DNA of 64,000 nt, taken from contig CAVVXN010000001.1 in NCBI GenBank assembly GCA_963752285.1, forward strand, positions 576,001 to 640,000, in the 5' to 3' direction. This document shows positions 34,609 through 43,374 of this stretch, piece after piece. Under the pieces are notes generated by a model. The model had not been told where the DNA came from. It searched no databases and worked only from the letters and a program-made list of their open reading frames with translations. The translations under genes and the position numbers were made by a program. The stretch comes from an uncultured Planctomycetota bacterium. GTDB taxonomy: Bacteria; Planctomycetota; PLA2; JAEUHO01. Position 1 is the stretch's first letter. Each line of letters opens with the position of its first letter.

Positions 34609-35883
34609 CTACTCGACGCGGCGCACGGTCGGCATCGCGAGGTAGAGGATCGGCATCGCGCCGTCGTCCGTCACGAAGAAGGGCACGTAGTCCTCGCTCG
34701 TGCCGAGCCAGGTCGCCGTCGCGTCCACCGGGACCCACCCCCGGTCGCCCAGGCGGACCTCCGTCCACACGTGACCCTGGCCGATCGGCGGGACCCAGCC
34801 CGCGACCTCGCGCGCGGGGACCCCCGCGGCGCGCGCCAGCGTGACGAGGACGTCGCTCTTGTCCCAGCACCGGCCGAACCCCTGGTCGAGGACCGCGAGG
34901 ACGCCGTGCCGGCTTCCGAGCGGGCCGTCGTACCGGATCGACTGCGACACGTGACGAAGCAGCCCGAGGACGAGCGACTCGTCGTCCTTCGCGGTCGTCT
35001 TCGCGCGCGTTCCCGCGACCACGGCCCGGACGGCGTCCGCGTCCACGGGCCAACGCGGGGTCGGTGCGAGGAGCGCCTTCGCGTCGGCGGGGAGGCCGGG
35101 GCGGGACGGTTCGAAGCGCGCCCGGACCGTGATCCGCGCCTCCGCGTCCACGTAGGGGATGCCGAGCTCGGTCGGCGGGTCCTCGAAGGTCACGACCTCC
35201 TGGTCGCCGACGCGCTTCCTCGACGTGGGCTCGGGCTCGAAAGACCACGACGCCGTGATCCAGCCCGGATCCGACGCGGCGAGGCAAAGCGTCCGCCCGA
35301 ACGTCCAGCCCTTGACCGTCTCCTGGATCCGGCGGTCGATCTCCGCGGCGCGCGAGGGGTCCTTCTCGCGCTCGAGGAACGCGACGAACACGTCGTTCGC
35401 GTGGTCGTCGTCGCCCTCGTCCACGAGGCCGATGCGCGCTTTCACCTCGTACGTCGCCTCCGCGCCTTCGCGGAGGCCGAGCGCCGCGAGCACCGTGCGG
35501 GCCAGGAGCACGTTCGTTCCGACGACTTCGATCACCTCCCGACCCTGCCGCGCGGCGAAGTCCGCGCCGCGGAGGCGCACGAGCGCGGCCTCGACGGCCT
35601 TCGCCGCGTCCTCGTCGGGGGCGAGGAGCCAGTTCACCTGCGCGGCGAAGCCGTTGATCGAGACCGCGGTGTTCCGGATGCGCGAGAGCTCCACGCCGAG
35701 GCGCTCCGCGATTCCGCGGACCTCGGCGGCCTCGAGCTCGCCGGGCTGCGTGACGCGCCAGCCCGCGGGCAGCGACGCCTTCGTCGGGTCGATCGAGCCT
35801 CCCGAGGCGGGCAGCGCGAGGGCCACGACGACGAGGACCGCCCCGAGGGGGGCGAGCCGGCTACGGGTACGGGACCGGGTCAC
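34609..35883 (-). CDS. Secreted transglutaminase-like (TGc) domain protein
   Basis: Signal peptide; triad-like GRCWD, GHVWTEV, WVPVDAT. Confidence 0.85.
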   Translation of the reverse strand: MTRSRTRSRLAPLGAVLVVVALALPASGGSIDPTKASLPAGWRVTQPGELEAAEVRGIAERLGVELSRIRNTAVSINGFAAQVNWLLAPDEDAAKAVEAALVRLRGADFAARQGREVIEVVGTNVLLARTVLAALGLREGAEATYEVKARIGLVDEGDDDHANDVFVAFLEREKDPSRAAEIDRRIQETVKGWTFGRTLCLAASDPGWITASWSFEPEPTSRKRVGDQEVVTFEDPPTELGIPYVDAEARITVRARFEPSRPGLPADAKALLAPTPRWPVDADAVRAVVAGTRAKTTAKDDESLVLGLLRHVSQSIRYDGPLGSRHGVLAVLDQGFGRCWDKSDVLVTLARAAGVPAREVAGWVPPIGQGHVWTEVRLGDRGWVPVDATATWLGTSEDYVPFFVTDDGAMPILYLAMPTVRRVE

Positions 35884-35913
35884 GCGTGGCTCCGACGCTT
35901 CCCCGGTCGGAGA

Positions 35914-36339
35914 CTACACCGGGGCCGGGTCCGATCCCGGGGCGGGGCGCCCCGTCTCCTCGAGGACCCAGACGTTGCCGTCCGGGTCCGCGAGCCGGAT
36001 CCACCGGGTGCCCCAGTGGGTCGGCTCGAGCGGCGTGAGGACGGTCGGCGCGGCCGCGCCGACGGCGCGCGCCGCGGCGTCGGCGTCGGGCACGTGCAGG
36101 TGGACGGTGGGGCCGGCGGGGGTCGCCCCCGCCGCAGCCTCCGCCAGGACGATCCGAGCGCCCCCGGAGCGAAGGCTCGCCGCGCGGTGGCCGTCCTCGC
36201 CCCACTCGGCCTCGACCGTGAAGCCGAGGCCCGCCCAGAAGCGCCGCGCGTCGTCGTACCGGGTGCTCTCCACGTAGGCGTGGTCCAGGGCGTCCACCGT
36301 TCGGGCCGGTCCGACCGCCGCGTGTCCCTCCATGGCCAT
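35914..36339 (-). CDS. VOC/glyoxalase family protein
   Basis: FWAGLGF, LHLHVPDAD, THWGTRWIRLADPDGNVWVLE; GAGGA RBS. Confidence 0.88.
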   Translation of the reverse strand: MAMEGHAAVGPARTVDALDHAYVESTRYDDARRFWAGLGFTVEAEWGEDGHRAASLRSGGARIVLAEAAAGATPAGPTVHLHVPDADAAARAVGAAAPTVLTPLEPTHWGTRWIRLADPDGNVWVLEETGRPAPGSDPAPV

Positions 36340-36381
36340 GTCTTCCTCCTCGCCGGGATCCCGGCCGCCCCGCGCCTGGAC

Positions 36382-36400
36382 TGTATCTAGGAATGACACA
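36382..36400. promoter_or_regulatory. 19-bp palindromic operator, probable GntR/YtrA-type site between divergent genes
   Basis: TGTATC-TAGGAAT-GACACA (reverse complement TGTGTC-N7-GATACA), 8 nt upstream of the GntR ATG. Confidence 0.65.
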
Positions 36401-36408
36401 CAAAGACC

Positions 36409-36831
36409 ATGGCCGAACGAGCCCCGCTCCTCGCCGTCCGGATGGACGCGCCCGAGTCGCTGGGAGACCAGATCGTCCAGGGCCTCCGCGGCGCGCTGGC
36501 CCGGGGGGCGCTCCGCGCGGGCGACGAGCTCCCCCCGGTCCGCCAGCTCGCCGCGGACCTCGGCCTCAAATTGAACACGGTCGCCAGGGCGCATCGACAA
36601 CTCGAGGCCCAGGGCCTCGTCCGCGTCCAACGCGGGCGCGTGACCCGCGTCCTCGCGCGCGAGGAACGGCGGGCGGAGAGCGATCGCGCCCGGCGGGACC
36701 GCGTCACGGCGACGCTCGGCGCCGCGCTCGTGGACGCCCGGCTCGCCGGGCTCGACCGCCGCGCGGTCGAGGGCCTGGTCGGCGCCGAGATCGACCGGTT
36801 GTGGCCCGTTCCCGATGGCGTCGGACGATGA
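36409..36831 (+). CDS. GntR family regulator, YtrA subfamily
   Basis: GDELPPVRQLAADLGLKLNTVARAHRQLEAQGLV with a short C-terminal helix. Confidence 0.92.
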   Translation: MAERAPLLAVRMDAPESLGDQIVQGLRGALARGALRAGDELPPVRQLAADLGLKLNTVARAHRQLEAQGLVRVQRGRVTRVLAREERRAESDRARRDRVTATLGAALVDARLAGLDRRAVEGLVGAEIDRLWPVPDGVGR

Positions 36832-37246
36832 ACACGGTTCGCGTCGTCTTCAACGCCTCGATGATCGTGGCTCCGATCGCGATCGTGCTCGCGATCCGGC
36901 CGCGGTCCTCGCCGCCGGCGTCCCTCCCCTCGTGCTCACGCCTTGGGCGATGCGCTGGGCCGGCCTCGAGGCGGAGCCCCGCCGCCCCGAGGCCTCGCCC
37001 GAGGTCGGGGCCGCGTACGAGCGGCTCCGCCGACTCCGGCGACTCGGCCTCTACGGGCTCGCGGTCGCGATGTCCGTCGCCCTGGGCGCGCTCGCCGTGG
37101 CGATCGTGTGGCTGCGAGACGGGGAGGCGATCGGGATCGCGGGCGGCGTGAGCGGTACGGTCATCGGGCTAATCGGCGCCACGCTCGGCGTTCGCGCGGC
37201 GAACCTACGCCTGCGGATCCACCGACTCCTCGACTCCGAGGGCTGA
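36828..37246 (+). pseudogene. Small membrane protein interrupted by a frameshift near 36893-36900 (pseudogene or sequencing error)
   Basis: ATG 36828 overlaps the GntR stop and gives hydrophobic MNTVRVVFNASMIVAPIAIVLA; the hydrophobic continuation AVLAAGVPPLVL...GLAVAMSVALG...SEG* is in another frame. Confidence 0.6.
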
Positions 37247-37259
37247 GCACCCGAAGAGA

Positions 37260-37287
37260 GGGGGGGAGGCCCTGCGGCCTCCCCCCC
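37260..37287 (-). terminator. Intrinsic terminator-like hairpin between convergent genes
   Basis: Perfect 12-bp stem GGGGGGGAGGCC/GGCCTCCCCCCC with a 4-nt loop, followed by TCTCTTC on the minus strand after the porin stop. Confidence 0.75.
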
Positions 37288-37312
37288 GGGGGAACTAGCG
37301 CATCGCGTTGGG

Positions 37313-38677
37313 CTAGAACCAGATCTGGAACATCACGCCGAACTCGTTCATGTGCTCGTCGATCCCGAGGCGATCGACCTTCGACACGACGTAGTTGAAC
37401 GCGATCTTCGTGTTCTTGTTGAGGTACCAGTTGAGGCCGACGGTGATGTCCTTCACCTCGCCGCCGAAGAGCCCCTCGTCGGTCAGGTCCAGGGTCGAGT
37501 AGCGGGCGGCGACCTCGAAGGCGCCCCAGCCGCAGCAGTCCTCGAGGAAGTACTTGCAGGGCTTCACGGCCCCGAAGGTGGCCGAGCCCTTCGAGAACGG
37601 ACGGTTGGGCCCGTTCAGCATGTAGCTCGCCTCGACGTACCAGCCGCTGAGCGTCGGGTCGTTCACGGCCGCGGACGTGACGAACGCGCCGATCCACTCG
37701 CCCTGCAGGTGGAAGCGGTCGTAGCCGAAGGCCATCTCGCCGCCGAGCAGGATGACGTGGTCCGCCGAGAACTTGCCCGTGTCGGCGATCTTCGAGCCGA
37801 TGTGGGCCTCGGGGTGCGCGCCGTACTGGAGCTGCTGGTAGTCGCTCTGGTAGCTGGCGCTCACGCCGACCTCGAGGAATCGCGCGTCGCAGCTGCAGGG
37901 AGCCCAGGGGAGCACGGTGACGCGGCCCGTGACGTCGTAGCCGCCGTCGGTGCCGTCCCCGTACCAGAAGCCGTCGCCGCTCGCCGCCGCGGTGTGGCCG
38001 TAGAAGCCCGCCGCCGCGGTGACGCGGTCGCCGTAGAAGCTCTTGTTCAGGTAGAAGCCCGTGTGGCGCTCGGGCTGGAAGCAGTCCACGGGCAGCGCGC
38101 GCTCGATGAACGTCGTGTTGAGGTCCGACGTCAGGCTCTCGAGGCTGAACTGCTCGTAGCAGTGGCCGATCGTGATCGTGGGGAACATGCAGCCCCAGCA
38201 CTTGTCGAGATCGACGAACTGGAGGTACACGTCCTTGAACACGACCTTGGCGCCCGCGAAGTCGAGCTGCGTGCAGAACGCGGTGTGCTCCCAGAGCGTC
38301 CCCTTGACCTTGAGCCGCACGCGGCGGAACTCGTAGCCGCTGTGCCACACGCCGTCCCACGGCTCGCGCGCCATGGTGCCGGGGTCGTCGAGGGCGTTGA
38401 TCGCGCTCTGGATGTCGTCGTCGTTGAAGTACCAGGATGTCAGCTGCGTGCGGCCGCCGATGGCCAGCTTGAACTTCTTGTCCGGCGTCTCGAAGTTGAG
38501 GCCGTCCTTCCAGAAGACCCGGAAGTCGGTCTTCTGGTCCTTCATGTAGGCCTGGATCTCGTCGCGGATCATCTTCCGCTGGGGATCCATGGGGGCATCG
38601 TCGGCCAGCGCCGGCGCGGCGAACGCCGCGGCGACGGCGACCAGGCCGCCGATCGTGAGAACGAGCTTGCGTCGCAT
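37313..38677 (-). CDS. Phosphate-selective porin OprO/OprP family, copy 1
   Basis: Signal peptide; EFRRVRL, FSLESLTS...FIER, GWYVEASY, GAFEVAARYSTLDL, GLNWYLN, C-terminal Phe; GAGGAGG RBS. Confidence 0.92.
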   Translation of the reverse strand: MRRKLVLTIGGLVAVAAAFAAPALADDAPMDPQRKMIRDEIQAYMKDQKTDFRVFWKDGLNFETPDKKFKLAIGGRTQLTSWYFNDDDIQSAINALDDPGTMAREPWDGVWHSGYEFRRVRLKVKGTLWEHTAFCTQLDFAGAKVVFKDVYLQFVDLDKCWGCMFPTITIGHCYEQFSLESLTSDLNTTFIERALPVDCFQPERHTGFYLNKSFYGDRVTAAAGFYGHTAAASGDGFWYGDGTDGGYDVTGRVTVLPWAPCSCDARFLEVGVSASYQSDYQQLQYGAHPEAHIGSKIADTGKFSADHVILLGGEMAFGYDRFHLQGEWIGAFVTSAAVNDPTLSGWYVEASYMLNGPNRPFSKGSATFGAVKPCKYFLEDCCGWGAFEVAARYSTLDLTDEGLFGGEVKDITVGLNWYLNKNTKIAFNYVVSKVDRLGIDEHMNEFGVMFQIWF

Positions 38678-38928
38678 GGGGTCCTACCTCCTCCTCTGCA
38701 GGTGTCCGCGGACCATAGGCACCGTGGATAAAGGGCGTGTGAAACGATCGAGGGGCGTTCGCGGTGGTTCCGTCATCCGGTCGTCATGACCGGGCTACGC
38801 CTCGGTAACGGGTGGCCGCCGACGTCCGGTCCGGCAAGCTCCGGGGGACGGGCACGTACGCACCCGTCCGTCGCGCTTGCGCGCACGGCCGGGACGGTGT
38901 CGTGGATCCCCGTTCTGTCACGGTCGCC

Positions 38929-40290
38929 TCAGAACCAGAGCTGGAAGCGGAAGCCGAGTCCGCTCATGTCCTCGTCGATGCCGAGGCGGTCCACCTGGGT
39001 GAACACGTAGTCGATCGAGATGCGGGTGTTCACGTCGAGGTACCAGTTGAGCCCCACCGTCACGTTGTCCACCTCGCCGCCCGCCAGGCCCTGGTCGGTG
39101 AGGTCGAGGGTCGCGTATCGCGCGGCCACCTCGAAGGCGCCCAGGCCCGAGCAGTCCTGCAAGAAGGACCGGCAGGGCCTCACGGCCGAGAAGCTCGCGC
39201 TCGACCGCTTGAAGGGGCGGTTCGGGCCGTTCAGCATGTAGCTCGCCTCGGCGTACCAGCCGCTCACCGTGGGATCGCCGGTGGCCCCGGACGAGACGAA
39301 CGCGCCGATCCACTCCGCCTGGGCGTGCCACCGGTCGTAGCCGAAGGCCATCTCGCCGCCCACCAGCACGACCGACTCGGCCGGAAAGGTCCCCGTGTCC
39401 ACGATCCGGGAGCCCAGGTGGGTGGCCGGTCGGGCCCGGTACCGCAGCGTCCCGAACCCGTCCTGGTAGGACGCGCTCGCGCCCACCTCGAGGAACCGGC
39501 TCTCGCAGCCGCACGGGGCCCAGGGCAAGACGGTGACGCGGCCCGTCACGTCGTACCCGCCCTCCGACCCGTGCTCGTACCACGCGCTGTCGCCCGCGTC
39601 GCCCACGCCGTGGCCGAAGAACCCGACGGCCCACGTCAGGCGGTCGCCGTACAGGCTCTTCCTCGCCGAGACCCCCGTGTTCCGGGCGGGCCAGAGCGCC
39701 TCCAACACCGGGGGACGCTCGATGAACGTGAGCACGTTGGCCGAGGTCATGCCCGAGAGGCTGAAGGGCTCCTTCATGTGGCCGATCGTGACGTCGGGGA
39801 ACAGACAGCCGAAGCACGCGTCCAGGTCCACGAGCTCGAGGAACACGTCGTTGAACGCGACCCCCCCGCCCGCGAAGTCGAGCTGGGTCTTGAACGCCGT
39901 GTGCTTCCAGAGCGTCCCCTTGACGTAGAGCCGGACGCGGCGCAGCTCGTACCCGCTGTGCCAGACCCCGTCCCAGGGCTCGCGCGCGGCCGTCGCCGGG
40001 TCGTCCGCGGCGTCGAGGGCGCTCTGGATCGAGTCGTCGTCGAAGTACCAGGTGTCGAGCTGGACCCGACCGCCGATGGCGAGCCGGAAGGTCTTGTCGC
40101 GCGTCTCGAAGTCGAGGCCGTCCTTCCAGAACACGCGGACGTCCGATTTCTGGTCCTTCAGGTACGTCGCGATCTCCTCGCGGATCCGCTTCCGCTGCGG
40201 GTCGATCGGCGCGCTGTCGGCGCGGGCCCTGGCCGGGGTGGCCCCGGCGGCGAGCAGAACGGCGAACACGAAGGCGGACGCACGCCGCAT
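38929..40290 (-). CDS. Phosphate-selective porin OprO/OprP family, copy 2
   Basis: Same motifs as copy 1 (GHMKEPFSL, FIER, GAFEVAARYATLDL, GLNWYL, FQLWF) and colinear with it. Confidence 0.92.
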   Translation of the reverse strand: MRRASAFVFAVLLAAGATPARARADSAPIDPQRKRIREEIATYLKDQKSDVRVFWKDGLDFETRDKTFRLAIGGRVQLDTWYFDDDSIQSALDAADDPATAAREPWDGVWHSGYELRRVRLYVKGTLWKHTAFKTQLDFAGGGVAFNDVFLELVDLDACFGCLFPDVTIGHMKEPFSLSGMTSANVLTFIERPPVLEALWPARNTGVSARKSLYGDRLTWAVGFFGHGVGDAGDSAWYEHGSEGGYDVTGRVTVLPWAPCGCESRFLEVGASASYQDGFGTLRYRARPATHLGSRIVDTGTFPAESVVLVGGEMAFGYDRWHAQAEWIGAFVSSGATGDPTVSGWYAEASYMLNGPNRPFKRSSASFSAVRPCRSFLQDCSGLGAFEVAARYATLDLTDQGLAGGEVDNVTVGLNWYLDVNTRISIDYVFTQVDRLGIDEDMSGLGFRFQLWF

Positions 40291-40645
40291 GAATCGTTGC
40301 CTCCCGGGCCTCCCCGCCGCGAAGGAGACGCGTGCTGCGTCACGGCCGGATCACCGCCGCACCGTCCGTGCAGACGACTGCGCGGGGTATCGGTATTTCC
40401 AGCGAGACGACGATCTTCGATCGAGATTCTCCACGGGTCGGCGTGTACGTGGCGCTGGCGGAGGACGACATCGGACGGTGTCGGACGTGTCCCCGTGCGC
40501 GCCACCCGGGCCACGACCGGTGTCTCGGCCGCCCGCGGGACCGGACCGAGGTCCTCGACCCCGACCCCGCGCCGCGTGGCCCGTGGCGCCGTCCCCGACG
40601 CCTCCCGTCCCTCCCTAGAATCCGCGGGTCGTGTCGGGAGCCGCC

Positions 40646-41683
40646 ATGATCCACCAGGCCGCCGAAGCCCAGAAGACGTCCGCCCCGCCGACCCCCGAGA
40701 AGATCCAGGAGATCGGCTGGGGGTTCGGCGCGAGCATGGCCCTCGCGACCGCCCTCGAGATCGACCTCTTCTCGGCCGTCGCGACCGGGGCCCGCTCGGT
40801 CGAGGAGGTCGCGAAGGCGACCCACGCCTCGGAGCGAGGCGCCCGCATGATCGCGGACGCGATGACGGGCCTCGGCCTCCTGTGCCGCGGGGAGGACGGC
40901 TGGCGTCTCGCCCCCGACGCCGACGCGTTCCTCGTTCGCGGCCGGCCGGGCTACCTCGGCGACTTCCTCGTCTTCCACGCCCACGAGATCGCACAGACCT
41001 GGTCGAACCTCACGGCGAGCGTCCGCTCGGGGGAGCCGGTCGTCCGGCTCGACCGCCCCGAGAACGGGGTCCCGTTCTGGCACCGGCTCGTGGACTGCCT
41101 GTTCCCGCTCGGCTACCCGGCCGCGGGGGCGGTCGGACGCGAGCTCGGCCGCCGGCACCCTGAGGGCGAGATCCGGCTGCTCGACGTCGCCGCCGGGTCC
41201 GGCGTCTGGGGCATCGGCGCGGCCCAGGCGGAGCCGCGGATCCGGGTCGTTGCGACCGACCTCCCGGAGACCCTCGAACACACCCGTCGCTGGGTCGAGC
41301 GCACGAAGACGACCGGCCGTGTGTCCTTCCTCCCCGGGGACCTCCGCCAGGTGGACTTCGGCGCGGGCGCCTTCGACGCCGCGGTGCTCGGCCACATCTG
41401 CCACAGCGAGGGCGCCGACGGTACGCGGCACCTCCTCGAAAAGCTCGCGCGCGCCCTCGTGCCCGGCGGGACGCTCGTGATCGTGGACTTCGTCCCCGAC
41501 CCGGACCGCTCCGGACCGGCGATCCCGCTCCTCTTCGCGCTGAACATGTTGCTCCACACGAGCGAAGGGGACACGTTCACGTTCCCCGAGTACGAGGCCT
41601 GGCTCGGGGCCGCGGGCTTCGCCTCCGTGACCCGGATGCCCGCACCCGCCCCCTCGCCGCTGATTCTCGCCACCCGTCGCTGA
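40646..41683 (+). CDS. SAM-dependent methyltransferase (dimerisation domain + Methyltransf_2-like)
   Basis: ALATALEIDLF helix-turn-helix region, LLDVAAGSG, PGDL, LGHICH, LVPGGTLVIVDF, LFALNML. Confidence 0.9.
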   Translation: MIHQAAEAQKTSAPPTPEKIQEIGWGFGASMALATALEIDLFSAVATGARSVEEVAKATHASERGARMIADAMTGLGLLCRGEDGWRLAPDADAFLVRGRPGYLGDFLVFHAHEIAQTWSNLTASVRSGEPVVRLDRPENGVPFWHRLVDCLFPLGYPAAGAVGRELGRRHPEGEIRLLDVAAGSGVWGIGAAQAEPRIRVVATDLPETLEHTRRWVERTKTTGRVSFLPGDLRQVDFGAGAFDAAVLGHICHSEGADGTRHLLEKLARALVPGGTLVIVDFVPDPDRSGPAIPLLFALNMLLHTSEGDTFTFPEYEAWLGAAGFASVTRMPAPAPSPLILATRR

Positions 41684-41740
41684 GGCGGGAGCGGGCGCCA
41701 CCGCCGCGCGGCCGGGACCGATCCGCGGTAGCCTCCCGGG

Positions 41741-43297
41741 ATGACGGAGGGCTCGCGGCGCTTCGCGTTCCTGGGGGTCGTGGCGCTGCTCCTCGCCTCG
41801 ACGTACGTTCGCGGCGGCGACCTCGACCCCACCGCGCGCGACCAGGTCCAAGACCTCACGCTCGCCATCCGGATCCGCGAGGGCGGGCCCGTGTCCGACG
41901 GGAACCGCCACCCGCTCCTCCCGCTCCTCCTCTCGCCGATTGCGCGGCCCGACCCCGCGTTCTTCGTAGACGCGCGCCTCGTGTCGATCGTGATCGCCGG
42001 CCTCGCGATGCTCGCGCTCTACGGCGCCGCGCGGTCCACGTACGGACCCTGGGTGTCGCTCGTCGCGGGGCTGCTCTTCTGGATCGAGCTCCGCTTCCAG
42101 GCCCGGCGCATCTGTCCCGAGCCGCTCGCCGCGCTCTTCCTCGTCGTGTCGGTGGCGATCCTCGCGCGCGCGGGCAGGTCGCGACGCCCCGGACGGACCG
42201 CGTTCCTCGCGGGTGCGGCCCTCGGCCTCGCCTGGCTCGCGAAGGGAACGGTCGTCCTGTCCCTCGCCGCGGGGCTCCTGTGGCTCGGGCTCCGGCTGCG
42301 GCGCCGCGCGGTCCGTCCCGCCCTGGGGCTCCTGGCGGGCGTGCTCCTCACCGGTTCGGTGCTGGTCGTTCACAACGTCTCGCACGGCCTCTGGCCGCTC
42401 GCGAACGCGAACTCCGACCACGTGATGTGGGAGGACCGCTGGGACCAGGACCTCGACGAGACCTCGACCGCGACGCTCACGAGCTACTTCGCGACGCACG
42501 ACGCGAAGGACGCGCTCACGCGCCTCGGTCGCGGGCTCGGGGACCAGAAGGCCGTCGAGTGGGTCTACCTGTTCCTGGGACTCGTCCTCGTGACGTCGTT
42601 CGTTCGCCGGGGGACGGCGGCCGGGGCGGAGCCGGGACCGCGCCGCGCGTGGCTCGAGATCGCGCTCCTCTCGTCGTTCGTCTGGCTCCCGCCCATGGCC
42701 TGGTACGCGCCGATCGCGAGGAGCCGGCGGTTCCTCTTCCCCCTCGTCGCGGTCCTCCTGCCGCCGGCCGTGGACCGCCTCGGCCGGCTCGTGCCCGAGG
42801 GCCTCGGCCGCGCGGTCCGTGGGCGGGACGGCCCGCGCGCCCGTCGCGCGGTCGTGGCCGTCGGGACCGTGGCCCTCGCTCTCGCGGGCCTCCTGGTCGT
42901 CCGCCACGGCGACCCGTGGCGGGAGTCGCACGTGGACCCGCCCGCCCTCGCGCTGGTCGCCCGCCTCGCCGGGCCCGGGACCCGCGGCGAGACCATCCTC
43001 GCCAAGCCCTCGCGGACGCTCCCTCCCGACTGGCTGCTGCCCGGCGACACGAGGTTCCTCGCGCTGCCGCTCGCGATCGACGACGCGAGCGCGTGGGCGT
43101 GGGTCCGCGACCGCGCGGCCTACGTCCTCCTGAGCCCCGGACTCCTCGCCGCGCGGCCGGACCTCCTCTCCCCGATCGCGACCGAGACCTCGGACGGCGC
43201 CCTCGCCGTGGGGACGCTCCCGTCCTGGCTCGCCCTGGCGTGGCGGGAGCCCTCGGGGCGATACGTCCTCCTCCGGGTCGAGCCCCCCGGGGGATAG
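41741..43297 (+). CDS. GT-C fold (PMT/GT39-like) integral membrane glycosyltransferase
   Basis: Acidic first loop (RDQVQD), RHPLLPLLL, PEPL, GLAWLAKG, RRFLFPL; more than 10 TMs plus a C-terminal periplasmic domain. Confidence 0.7.
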   Translation: MTEGSRRFAFLGVVALLLASTYVRGGDLDPTARDQVQDLTLAIRIREGGPVSDGNRHPLLPLLLSPIARPDPAFFVDARLVSIVIAGLAMLALYGAARSTYGPWVSLVAGLLFWIELRFQARRICPEPLAALFLVVSVAILARAGRSRRPGRTAFLAGAALGLAWLAKGTVVLSLAAGLLWLGLRLRRRAVRPALGLLAGVLLTGSVLVVHNVSHGLWPLANANSDHVMWEDRWDQDLDETSTATLTSYFATHDAKDALTRLGRGLGDQKAVEWVYLFLGLVLVTSFVRRGTAAGAEPGPRRAWLEIALLSSFVWLPPMAWYAPIARSRRFLFPLVAVLLPPAVDRLGRLVPEGLGRAVRGRDGPRARRAVVAVGTVALALAGLLVVRHGDPWRESHVDPPALALVARLAGPGTRGETILAKPSRTLPPDWLLPGDTRFLALPLAIDDASAWAWVRDRAAYVLLSPGLLAARPDLLSPIATETSDGALAVGTLPSWLALAWREPSGRYVLLRVEPPGG

Positions 43298-43374
43298 CCG
43301 GGCGACCGCGCGCGCGCCGATCGGATACCCTCGGCGCCCCGACCGGGCCGGTCGGCGGGACGGAGGCGGGTTCG

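Noticed and set aside
26864..36339. Treating the whole minus-strand run (VOC to ECF) as one system linking selenoneine, SLOG-SLATT and the kinase-ECF
   Set aside because: Separate promoter-like elements before senA, the transglutaminase and the kinase, plus unrelated functions, argue for independent units.
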